Source: Fonticula alba ATCC 38817 (Eukaryota; Protista; Nucleariida). Taken from it: 61,691 nucleotides of DNA. Position numbers and translations under genes: made by a program. Shown one piece after another: positions 1-16,011 of this stretch. Location: NCBI GenBank assembly GCA_000388065.2, contig KB932202.1; one strand, written 5' to 3'. Numbering within the stretch: the stretch's first letter is position 1; each line of letters starts with the position of its first letter. A model generated the notes under the pieces. The model made no database searches, was not told where the DNA came from, and saw only the letters and a list, made by a program, of their open reading frames with translations.

Positions 1-81
1 GCGGCTGCCACGCGCTCCTCTTCGCCCCCTGACCCGCAGCCCCTCGACGTCCTCGGCTAACATCCTACCCCCCCCCCGCAG

Positions 82-2164
82 TCCGAAGTCCGGTGCATCA
101 TGCCCGACGGGGCGACCGTCAACTTCCCCTTCAAGGTTACCGAGACCCTGGGGGACTTCCTCGGCCGCCTGACCGACCGCGAGTCCGACGAGGAGAAGCG
201 CCGGTACAAGGTCCTGATCTTCAAACGCGGCAACGACGGCGGTGCGCGCCCCCTCCCTCTTGCATATGTTTCCCTCCTTCCTCCCCTCCTCTCGCTCCCG
301 GGCGCTCCTTCAGCCGGCTGACTGTCGCGCCCCCCCCCCCCCCCCCTCCCCCATGGCTTCCCAGTCACCTTCGAGTACCTCCCGCAGCTCGAGAGCAACC
401 TGATGCTCATGAAGAAGGAGTGGGACACGGACCGCTTTAATGAGACCTTCCTGAAGATCCTGCGCATGACCGAGGTCGTGACCATGCACTTCAACATTGT
501 CTTCCGCCTGACGGCCGGCGTCGGGCACTCGGCCGTCAAGTTCTACGTCAACGAGCATACCCTGGTCCGGCATCTGGAGGAGGACGTGCGCGCCTTCCTG
601 AAGATTCCCCCGACCGAGACGCGCTTCGGCATCCTCGGCGAATATGGCGTCAATGGTGTGTTTGCATCCTGGCCCTCTGTCGCGTCCCTTCGTCTCCCCC
701 CCTGCCCAGGCATGGGACTCACACCATGCCCCCCCCCCCGCCTCTCGACAGCCATGCGCAAGATCCTCCCCGATGAGAATGTTCTCAAGCTGCGCACCGC
801 CTACGACGTGGAGCACCTGACCAAGCCGAAGTTCTTCTATTACGGCGTCCTGCCGGAGGCCGAGGATCACCGGCACTTCGGGGCCGAGAAGTCCGGCTGG
901 CTGGAGATCTGCCACGGTGGTGCCATCTCCACCTGGCGCCGGCGCTGGGCCGCCCTCCGGGGGACGACGCTCTTTTTCTACAAGACCGAGAATGACCCGG
1001 AAATCCAGCTGCGCTTCGACAATGTGGAAAAGCGCGAGGTGACCGACCTGCCGAATGCCCGCAAGGCCATCAGCCAGAAGTTCCCCTGCCGGTGCGTCCG
1101 TTCGCTTGAGACCCCCTCGCCGCCGGCCTGCTTGCCACCCGCCGCCATTTGTGCTGACCCAGCCCCGGGTCTAACCTTGTCGCTGCCTGCTGTGCCCCCG
1201 CGCTCGGCCCTCGGTCTCCTGTTTGTGGATCTGCCCATGTGGCTCCCTCTGGCTGGCCTCTCTCTCTCTCTCTCTCTCTCTCCCTCTCTCTTTCTCTCTC
1301 CCTCCCTCCCCTTCTCTCTCTCTCTTTCTCTCTCCCTCCCTCCCTCTCTCCCTCCCTCCCCCTCTCTCTCCCTCCCCCTCTCTCTCCCTCCCTATGACGT
1401 GCCCCTCGCGCAGCTTCGACCTGTCCAACGACCCGAAGCCCGTGCAGCTTGCGGCCGAGGACGCGGCCACCGCGCAGTCCTGGATCCAGGCCATCCAGTC
1501 GGTGGGCACGCGCCATGCCAACCGCACGGCCGCCACGGCCATCGGCTCGTCGCACGGCGACGCGTCCGCCGGCGGCAAGCCCCAGAAGCGCACGCTCATC
1601 CCCATCGACGAGGCCCAGTACCGTGTGGCTGCCTATGATCCGGCCCTGTCCGGGACCAAGGGCATCCAGGTGGAGCTCACCGTCCGGGAGAAGCTCCAGC
1701 ACCTGGTGGACACCTTCAATGAGGATGCGGTGGCCGTGTTGGACACTCGCGGCCAGGAGATGGCCGCCCAGATGAAGAAGCTGACCGGCGCCTTCCCGGC
1801 CTTCGTCACGCACCTGGACGAGCGCCTGGACGAACTGATCTCCGGCACGACGCCGCCTTTGTCGACGGAGCGCGGCCCGCGTGGGCGCCGGCCTGATGCC
1901 CCGCCACCGCCGGTGCAGAAGCCCCTCCCGCCGGCGGCGGCCACGCGCAAGCGCAGCCAGCTGAAGGAGGAGCTGCTGAAGGCTCGCCAGCTGCTCAAGG
2001 ATTCCGTGAGCGCTGTGCGCCCGGCCTCCTCGCTGCCGAACCACACCGACGGCGGCACCGAGCTCAACGAGATCCGCGTCTTGCGTGAGAGTCTTGAGCA
2101 CTTTATCTTCGCCTGTCAGATGTGTCTCACCCTGCTGGAGACCGATGGTGCGTTTGTCTCTCTC

Positions 2165-2213
<49 letters not shown>

Positions 2214-3925
2214 CTCTCTCTCCTTCTCTCTCTCTTTCTCTCTTTTTCTCTCTCTCTCTCTCTTTCTCTCTTTCTCTCTCTCTTTCTTTCTCTCTCTCTC
2301 TCTCTCTCTCTCCTTCTCTCTCTCTCTCTCTCTCTCCTTCTCTCTCTCTCCCTCTCCCTCTCTCTCTCTCTCTCTTTTTCTACTTTCCCCCTTTTCCCTT
2401 TTTCTTTCTGCTCCTTCCACTCCCTTCATTCTCCCCCTTCCTCCTTTACTCCAAGACACAGGAACACACATATCCAGCCTCCCTCCCCCGCTCACCACTC
2501 TCCTCGCACATGTGCATATCCCCCGGCCCCCCGGCCTGCAGAGAGCTCCGAGTTCGGAGACTTCTTCGTCGACCAGCAGCTCAGCACCACGGCCCCCATG
2601 GACTCGGAGCTGTCGAATGTCATGTCACAGTTTGCCAACTTCGGCATCAATGAGCAGCTTCTGGAGCTGCAGCGCAAGGCCGCCGGGACGGCGGCCCCTG
2701 CCCCGGCGGCGGCGGCCGCCGCCGACCCTACGTCCCTGTCCGAGACGCTGGGCGGCTCGGACTTTGGTCCGATCGTGGCCGAGGATGCCCCGGCCGCCGA
2801 TGCCATGGACTTCAATGACCCCGAGTTCGACTCCATGCTTCAGAACCTCACCTCGGCCGTGTCCGCCCTCGACTCCGGTGGCTTCCACGCGGCTTTCGGC
2901 TTTGGCACCGGTTCCTCCAACATCGGGCTCAAGGGTGCGCTCTTCTTCCTTTTCCTTTTCCCTGTCTCTCTGGTTTTTTTTTTATTTTGCCTCCTCGGCC
3001 CCGCCGGCCAGGCACTCCCTCGAGGAGAGGACCGGACGCCGTGTGCTGACCTTCGGTCCTTCTGGCTCCCTCTCTCCCGCCCTCCACCAGGCTCGGCCAC
3101 CATGCACTACTGCCAGTCGTGCTCTGGGCCGATCGACCCGGGCCTCGAGCTCATGGTCGACGACTTTGCCTTCCACGACTATTGCTTCTTCTGGTGCGTT
3201 TGCCTCAGGATGGCCCACTCCCACGGATGCTTTGCCCCTTTTCCGGCTGCCCGTAACTCATCGTCTCTTCTCCCGGATCCGTGTCCACGCCCATGCCCAC
3301 GCAGCACCACTTGCGCTTGTCCGCTTGTGGACCCGGCCACCAATCCCGGGGCCCACAACGCGGCGCACTCCATCCGCGGGACCATCTACTGCCACATGGA
3401 CTTCCTGGCGGCCTGCCCCAGCTGCGCCAAGTGCCATGACCCGGTTCCTCCGAACGAAGCCCAGGAGGTCGGCCCGAGCACCTTCCACAAGAAGTGCTTC
3501 ACCTGTGCCGACTGTGGGTGCGGCTTCCCCGACGGGCGCGGTGCGTGTGAGAGCCGAAGCCTCTCTCTCTCTCTCTCCCCCCGCCCTTTTTCTTCCTTCA
3601 TCTCTTTCTCTCACATTCCCCCCCTCTCCGCTAACCTCCCCCGCCTCACCATGCCTCCCTGCCTCCTTGCGGTCTGGCCGCAGTCTTCCCCCAGGCCGAC
3701 GGGGCCATTCTCTGCGAGAAGTGCTCCTACCGCCGGGTGGACCTCCTGTGTCCGGTGTGCGAGAAGCCCATTACCGACGACAAGGCAGTCCAGGTGCTCG
3801 GCTCTCGCCGGCACATTGCCTGTCTGGTGTGCTCGCACTGCAAGGTCCACATCCAGCCGGACGATGTGCGCATCCGCAAGGAGGCCGTCTGGTGCATCAA
3901 CTGCGCGCGGCGCTTCCACGGATGA
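82..3925 (+). CDS. 5'-truncated multi-exon scaffold: ubiquitin-like/RA-type region, PH domain, helical region, LD-like motifs and 3 C-terminal LIM domains
   Basis: GT-AG exons join in one frame: 82-241, 365-655, 752-1091, 1414-2147, 2542-2934, 3091-3193, 3305-3540, 3684-3925(TGA). PH signature KSGWLEI...WRRRWAALRGTTLFFYK...AQSWIQAIQ. Three LIM patterns: CQSC..HDYC FFCTTC; CAKC..HKKCFTCADC; CPVC..HIACLVCSHC..CINC. An upstream intron end (CTAAC branch, cag at 79-81) shows the gene starts before the window. Confidence 0.8.
1259..1390. repeat. (CT)n-rich compound microsatellite in an intron of gene 1
   Basis: Visible CT/CCT run. Similar tracts at 2157-2380, 15670-16010 (GA), 30540-30900 (GA), 36596-36635 and 56297-56335. 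Confidence 0.9.
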
Positions 3926-4760
3926 GCGGCCGCGCTCGCCTCCCTGCCCTTCTTCCCGTGCACATGTTCATACGCGCAAGCATCACCATATGTGTAGCCA
4001 CGGCGGCCTCATGCATCCACACGCACACGTACATATATGCACACGCGCGCGTGCCCATGTGTGGACCTGCTTCCCACCCTCGGTCCCGCTTGCGTGCTTC
4101 TCTCGCTGCCGGCCAGCCAGACTCGACCTCCCTTTCCCTCCCCCATCCTCCCTTCCTACGCACCCCTCCCTCTGTGGGCGAGGGGGGGGGGACCCCATGC
4201 AGCAATACACAACAAAAGCTTCCTCCTGCCCGGGGGCTTCAGCCCTTTGCAACTCTTCCGAGCTCCTCGTGCTCCTTGCCGTGTCGGCACGAGCNNNNNN
4301 NNNNNNNNNNNNNNNNNNNNNNNNNNNNNNNNNNNNNNNNNNNNNNNNNNNNNNNNNNNNNNNNNNNNNNNNNNNNNNNNNNNNNNNNNNNNNNNNNNNN
4401 NNNNNNNNNNNNNNNNNNNNNNNNNNNNNNNNNNNNNNNNNNNNNNNNNNNNNNNNNNNNNNNNNNNNNNNNNNNNNNNNNNNNNNNNNNNNNNNNNNNN
4501 NNNNNNNNNNNNNNNNNNNNNNNNNNNNNNNNNNNNNNNNNNNNNNNNNNNNNNNNNNNNNNNNNNNNNNNNNNNNNNNNNNNNNNNNNNNNNNNNNNNN
4601 NNNNNNNNNNNNNNNNNNNNNNNNNNNNNNNNNNNNNNNNNNNNNNNNNNNNNNNNNNNNNNNNNNNNNNNNNNNNNNNNNNNNNNNNNNNNNNNNNNNN
4701 NNNNNNNNNCCCCCCCCCCCCCCACTCCCTGGGATCCGAGGTTGGTTCTCCTGAACATAC

Positions 4761-5179
4761 CCAGCTTGGACGGGCGCCACATCGGAGATACGTAGGTCCT
4801 CGGCATCCGCGCGATCCAGTGAAAGGAGCAGTCGGGTCAAGGCCTCGGAATACGCCGGGGCGTCGGCCTTGGCGTCAAGCAGCTGGGCATTGCTGGAGGG
4901 GAGGAAACAAACGAAAGGCACACGGGCCCGGTGCGGGGGACGCGCGAGAAAAGCAAAGTCAGTGACCGTCCGCTGGCCCGGCCGACGCGCGAGGCAGGAG
5001 GCAACAATGCCAGCACATACAGCGACTCAATCTCGCCCTCGAGCTTGCCGGAGGCCAGAATCAGGTTGAGCACCTCCTGGTGCACAGCCGCGTGCGTTTG
5101 GGCCACACTCCGGAGCTCGGGATCCTCAGCCTCCAGATCGCGCATCAGGTCGGGCGGCAGACGCACCGCGGCCGACGGC
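4761..5179 (-). CDS. Small hypothetical helical protein (weak BAG-domain resemblance); both ends unresolved
   Basis: Exons 5179-5021 and 4892-4761 join in frame across a gtatgt..cag intron (PSAAVRLPPDLMRDLEAEDPELR...IESL-NAQLLDAKADAPAYSEALTRLLLSLDRAD). A further gtatgt donor at 4760 leads into the N gap 4295-4709. The start exon is uncertain. Confidence 0.45.
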
Positions 5180-5503
5180 TGGAGCGGGGGCGAGGCCATC
5201 GGGTGTGGGGTCGGATGTGTGTGCGCAGGGGGGCACGTGCTTCGAAAGGCCGGAGGGGGGGGGGCGAGGAGGAAGGGGCGAGCAGCACAAGCGATCCGGG
5301 CAGGGGGGGGGGGAGAGGGGGTCACACGGAATACAGGCATGGATGTGTCTATTGTCGCAGGAGGGGGGAAGGGTCGAAAGGGCATCCATGCCCCAGTTGT
5401 AGCTTCGGCCTGGCCATCCCCCGCGTCTCGCCCCGGACAAGCGGGGGGCAAGGGGGGGGGGGGGGCCGCAACAGGCGCGCCGATCGCCCCACTGCCAACG
5501 CAC

Positions 5504-9718
<4,215 letters not shown>

Positions 9719-9917
9719 CCGTAAGGAGAAGGAGGAGAGGGGCGCAGGGAGAGGAGGCCGGCACACGCGCCACAGGGAGGAGGGATCGTGGGGGAGAGGA
9801 AGGGGCAGGGGGTGCCCCCAGCGCGCGACGCGGTTCAGCCACCGGCAGTCGGCATCTCTTCGATGGCCCCTGGGGGGGCGGCGGCCCGGGCGCAAGCACC
9901 CTACATGTGTGTGTGTG

Positions 9918-9955
<38 letters not shown>

Positions 9956-11462
9956 GTCTAGGCCGAGGCGCGCGCATCTACACGACACACACGCCCGCCG
10001 CCCGGTGGCCAGGGCCGGCGGGTTCTCCTGGACGCCCCCCCCCTCCCCCCTGTGCGCATCTGGGGCCGGCAAAAGGCGGGGCGCCTGATAGATGCCAACG
10101 CACGTGAGGGCCTGCGTAAAATGGGACACCGACGGCCGATCACGCCGGGGCCGGGCGCCAGGTCACGCCGGCCCCCCGGGCCAAGCTGGACAGTAGGCCC
10201 TCTCGTCAGAGGGGGTGCTCTATCTCCCGGCCTGCGGGTGCTTTTTTCTTTTTTTTTTTCTTTTTCCGTCGTTCGGGTGAGGTCTCGCGCGTTCGACCCC
10301 CCTCTTTCGCTCTTTCTCTCGGGCCCTCCTCCCCCCCCGGGGGAGGGCGCGGGGGCCGGCGGCGGAGCCTGGGCCGTCCGACGGGGCCGCCCGGGCCCAG
10401 GCGTGCGTGCGCACACATGCGTGCGTGCGTGCGCCGGGACCGGTGTTGGCCCCTGGAGGCCTCCGGCGGTGGAGAGGACAGCTGGGCAATCGGTCGATCA
10501 TCGGTGCGATTGTTGCCCGTCCGCCGATCAGTGCGCGCCCGGGGCGGGGCGGGGCGGGGCAGGGGCAAGCAAGTCACTAAGCAGGCCCGAGCCGTGCCGG
10601 GGCACGATACTCGTGCGAGCCATGGCGGCCCATTTTCACATGGCTGCCATCCCGCCGCCCCTCGCTCCCTCTGTGCGTGGCGGGCGTCCGGGCGTGAAGA
10701 AGACTGCCCGGTGTCGCGGAGCGCCCGGCCGTCTGCGCGCCCCGCCCCCGCCCCTGTGGCAGTTGCGCGGGTAGCAGGGCAGAGGGAGCAACCCCAGAAG
10801 GCGCGGGAATCTTCCCACGCAGGGCCGGATCCTGGCGCATCCTCCCGCCCGGCTGGTTTGGGTGTGTGTGTGTGTGTGTGTACGCGCGCCGGGGACCCCG
10901 GAGGGGGATGTCGGGCAAGCACCTCGGCAAGCGCCCGCGCCGCGATGATCGCCCTGGCCGGCGCGCATGTCCCCGGAGCCGGCACACAGCATGCGCACAG
11001 ACGCCCCGCCGCCCCGGGGCAGCCGGGACATTCCCCCCCCCCCGCCCTGGGCTGTGGGATGTTCGCCAGGGCCGCATGAAAAGGGGACCCCGGCCGCTGG
11101 CCGCGAGGGGCCGACGCCACAGCCAAGCATCCACACTCGCCCAGTATCCCATCCCCTCCCCCTGCTATTACCTCTCCTCGGATCTCCCCCCCCNNNNNNN
11201 NNNNNNNNNNNNNNNNNNNNNNNNNNNNNNNNNNNNNNNNNNNNNNNNNNNNNNNNNNNNNNNNNNNNNNNNNNNNNNNNNNNNNNNNNNNNNNNNNNNN
11301 NNNNNNNNNNNNNNNNNNNNNNNNNNNNNNNNNNNNNNNNNNNNNNNNNNNNNNNNNNNNNNNNNNNNNNNNNNNNNNNNNNNNNNNNNNNNNNNNNNNN
11401 NNNNNNNNNNNNNNNNNNNNNNNNNNNNNNNNNNNCCCCCCCCCCCTCTGCCATACAGAACC

Positions 11463-13341
11463 ATGTCCAGCGCCATCACCAACGCCGCCAAGGAGGCCAC
11501 CGCCCGCATGGGCAGCCGCAAGTTCGACCTCGTCCTGTGGGGCGCCACCGGCTACACCGGCAAGCTGGTGGCCCAGTACCTGGCGTCGCGCTATGAGAAC
11601 CACCCGGCGCACGAGGAGGGCCTCCCCTCCGGTGGCGATGGGCTGACCGAGCGCAACCTGTGCATCGCCCTGGCCGGGCGCAACCGCCAGCGCCTGGAGG
11701 AGCTGCGCTCCAGCCTGGCCCTGATGCGCCCCTCCTGGGCCAACGCCCCGGTCCTCGTGCATGACCTGACCAACCAGGCCTGCATCGACTCCATGGTGGA
11801 GAAGACCCGCGTGATGGTGGCCCTGGTCGGGCCCTTCTCCCAGTACGGCACGCCGGTGGTGGACGCCTGCGTGCGTCTCGGCACGCACTACGTCGACATC
11901 ACCGGCGAGGTCCCCTGGACCAAGAGCATCATCGACAAGTACCACACCCGCGCCGAGACCGCCGGCATCAAGCTTGTCCCCCACTGCGGCTTCGACAGTG
12001 TCCCCAGTGACATCGGCACCCTGATGGCCGAGCGCGCCTTCGCCCTCAAGTACACCGGCCAGTCGCCGAAGATCGTCAAGGGCAGCTTCCTCGAGGCGAC
12101 GTGCGTGCACCCTTCCGCGGCTGCTTTTTTCGGCCGCCTGGCCCTGCTTTTCCTCCTCTCCCCCGCCCCTCGCCCCTGGCCCGGCTGACCGCGTGTATGT
12201 ACATCCCCCTCGCCCGTGCCTGCGCCTTTGCCGTGGCCCGGCGCGCATGTGCCGGTGTGCTGGCCCATTTGGTCCCCTCCGGCCCCGCCCGCCGCGCACA
12301 CACCTGAGCACAGTGGCGGTCTCAGCGGCGGTACCATCGCCACCATGGTCTCCCACATCGAGAAGCTGAACACCCGGCCGAACCTGCTCAACCCGGCCGG
12401 TGTCAACCAGACCCTTGACCACAAGGACCAGGTGCGCACATGCTCCCTCCGCTCGTGCCTCCTTCCTCCCCCCCCCCTCCCTCTCGCCGTGTCTTGCCCT
12501 GCCCCTTCATCCTCCACCTGTCGGTGCCGGCCTGTTTCTGACCCTTTTGTCGCCCTCTCCATCGGCCCGGCGCGCCGCTGGTCCCTGCACAGAACATGCT
12601 TGCCTACGACGCGGACTTCAAGCGCTGGACCCTGCCCTTCCTGATGGCCTCCATCAACACCCGCCTGGTCCGGCGGTCGATCGCCCTGCGCGGCCAGCAG
12701 TATCGCTATGACGAGAATGCCTCGCACAAGGGCCTCCCCCGGGCGGCGCTGCAGTTTGCCTTCCAGTTCTTCTTCTTCCTGATGTTCCAGTTCGCCATGA
12801 CTCGCAACTTCCTGCTGCGCATCCTCCCCTCGCCGGGCGAGGGCCCCTCCGAGAAGGAGGTCCGCACCGGCCACTTCAACGCGCAGTTCATCGCCAAGAA
12901 GATGGGCACCGGCCAGAGCGTGCGTGTCGTCTCCCCTTCCGCGCTGTGGCGAGGCCCCCCCCCCCCTGCCTCCCTGCCTCCCTGCCTCCCTGCCTCCCTG
13001 CTTTCTCTCCTTCTCTCGGCCATGTTTCCCCACTCCCCCACTGACCCCGGTGCCCTCCCTGTGCTGGCGGCCGCTTCGCCCTCTCCCCCCCTCTCCCCGT
13101 CCTGAAGGCCTCCGTCTGCATTAAGGGTCCCTCCGCTTACCAGCTGACCGCCGTCACCGTTGCCGAGGCCGCCATTGTCCTGGCCCTGGGCCTGGACTCG
13201 TCGGAGGGTGACAGCGACGACAATGACAACCCGGCCGTCCTGCCCAAGGCCCTGCCGGCCGGTGTGCTCACCGCCTCCACCGCCCTCGGACCCCACTACA
13301 TCAGCCGCCTGCGCCGTGGCGGTGTGACTTTCAATGTCTGA
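11463..13341 (+). CDS. SCCPDH: Saccharopine dehydrogenase-like oxidoreductase
   Basis: Rossmann motif FDLVLWGATGYTGKLVA, plus IALAGRN, GPFSQYGTPVVDAC, HYVDITGE, CGFDSVPSD and SGGTIAT. Exons 11463-12100, 12314-12431, 12593-12919, 13108-13341. Confidence 0.92.
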
Positions 13342-14399
13342 GCAAGTGTGCCGGACGCCCCATTCTCCCACTCCTCCCCCGCCCCCGCCCCCTCTCCCCT
13401 TCTTCCCTCTGCTGTGCCTCTGCTGTGTGCACGGGCGCGCACACGATCACACATATATATATGTCGAGACAGAGTGAATATAGTCTCCACATCGCGACTT
13501 CCCGACTCTTGTGTGCGTGTTTTCCGCTGCGCGCGCGCGCGCATGAGGAGGCGGCCCAAGAGGCGAATGTGCCGCGGGCGCACTCGCGGGGGGAGGCGGG
13601 AGGGGGCGGGGGGGCGGCATGCGCAGAAGCGATCTGCTTGACCTGTGCTCCTTCTGTCCCCCCTGCGCATGGTCTTCTCTCATCGCGCCCCCCACTGTGC
13701 CACATAATCCCATGAATAATAATGTCACGCGAAATGCCCTCGCTCACGCGCGCGTGTGTGTATGTGTGTATGCGTATGTGCTAACACAGGCGGAGGGAGA
13801 CAGGGGGGGTGGCGCATGTGAACACACATAGTGTGTGGCCGGCCGGTTGTGCGAAAGGGCAGCGGAAGAGAGGGCCATAGACCGGCGGGCACATATACAC
13901 ACACAGACACACTCACCTAGGTGTGACTCCCATTCGGCGGCGCCCCCTCCGATGACGCGAGAGCCCTCCGCACGCCGCCAGCACACACCCGCCTCTAAAG
14001 GACGACGCACCGCGATTCCCCCTGATCCTCATGTACCGCGTTTCTTGCCTCAGTGTGCGTGTGCGTGTGCGCGCGCGCCTGCCGGCCAGGCGCCTTGTGT
14101 CGCTGGTCCCCTGGGCCCCGGGAGAAAACACCGATAGGGGGAGGGGGTATCCGCGTGTGCATGTGTATTTGCATGCGACCGCAAGGGCCGCCGCAGGGGG
14201 NNNNNNNNNNNNNNNNNNNNNNNNNNNNNNNNNNNNNNNNNNNNNNNNNNNNNNNNNNNNNNNNNNNNNNNNNNNNNNNNNNNNNNNNNNNNNNNNNNNN
14301 NNNNNNNNNNNNNNNNNNNNNNNNNNNNNNNNNNNNNNNNNNNNNNNNNNNNNNNNNNNNNNNNNNNNNCGGAGACCCGAGCAGGCGGGAAAACAGGTC

Positions 14400-15976
14400 T
14401 CACGGCGAGGCGATGGTCGGCATGCCGGAGAAGGCCCGTTCCAGGGTCTGCATCTGCTCGTCGTACGTGGGCCGAGCGCTGAGCAGGGCAGTGTCGACCG
14501 GAGGGGTCGTCGCCCCGGCAGCCGACTCGGTGGCCAGCAGCCGCGGCAGCGACGTGGCCAGGTCCGGCTGCAGGAGGTGGAAGTTCCGGTAGATCAAGTC
14601 CACCACGATGCGGTAGTGATAGAGGTCGAAGTCGAAGAGGCCGAGGCCCACGTCGCTCAGCAGGGACATGGACCCGGCCCCGGTGCCGGCCGGGTCGACC
14701 CCGAGCAGGCCGATCGACGGGCCGGCCCCGCTGGCGGCCCCGCTGGACGAGCCTTCGTCGCTCGGGTCCATCAGCATGCTGGCCATGTCGCGCACGCCGG
14801 GCGACCGCGACCCCAGCAGATTCGGCGTCGAGACCAGGCTGCTGCATGGGGACCCGTGGCCGGCGGCCGCGCTGCCGAGGCCGCCCCGCCGCCGGGATGC
14901 CGCCGACGCCACCAGCGCGATGACCGAGTTGGCGTCCAGGTAGAGCAGTTGGAAGAGGGCAAGCGCCCGGGCCAGGGAGGGATGCTCGCCGAAGGCGGGC
15001 GACGCACCGCCGGCCATGGGGTCGGCCGCGGCCACCACCCGGCCGGTGCCCGCCGGAACCGGGACCTCGGCGAAAATCGCCCCGAGGTGCTGCTGGATGT
15101 AGAAGACATTGAGTGTGAGCTGACCCGCGGCCGGCGCCGGCCGTGACAGGGCGAGAGCAAGGCCCAGGGAGGAGGACAGAGGAGAAGGGAGGGAGGGAGG
15201 GAGGGGGGGGGGCGGGACAGGCAGGCACGGGTAAGCCACATGTTGCGGGGCAAAAAATGCACAGGACAACCAGGGAGGGCCAACGTACCCGCAAAACACC
15301 CTGGCGGTTGATGTAGTGAATGTACTGCGAGCTGTCGATCAGGGACTCGGCGATGCACATCGGCAGGCCGTAGAAGACGAAGCGCAGCGCCGGCCGGGCC
15401 AGGGTCGGCTGCAGCAGGGCGAAGGTCCCCTGCAGGGCCGAGCAGATGGTCCGGATGTTGACATCGGCCTCGACACCATGGCGCACGCCCCGGTGGGGGG
15501 TGTAGTCGCCACGGCGGATCCCTCGCGAGGCGTATACACAGGCCATGCGCAGGATCGAGGACCGGACGACAAAGAGGAAGCGCTTGGCCAGGGAGTGCAG
15601 GTTGTTCAGGAGGGCTGTGAAGGAGCTGTGTGGTGCGACGAACGCCAGGCGGAGGGCAGGCAGAAGGAGAGCGGAGAGAGAGAGAGAGTGGCATGGGTGA
15701 GTGGGGGCGAAAGAGAGGGAAGGAGAGACAAGGAGAGAGAAGGAGAGGGAGGGAGAGGGAAAAAGAGAGGAAGACAGAAGGGAGAGACAAGGAGAGAGAA
15801 GGAGGGAGAAGGAGAGACAAGGAGAGNNNNNNNNNNGGAGAGGGAAAAAGAGAGGAAGACAGAAGGGAGAGACAAGGAGAGAGAAGGAGGGAGAAGGAGA
15901 GACAAGGAGAGAGAGAGAAGGAGAGGGAGGGAGAGGAAGAAAAAGAGAAGGAGAGGGAAAAAGAGAGGAAGATAGA

Positions 15977-16011
<35 letters not shown>

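Noticed and set aside
2085-4965. Long ORFs with SLSLSL/ERERER or X runs, and similar ORFs across the window
   Set aside because: They are read-through of microsatellite introns and N gaps, or antisense shadows of GC-rich genes.
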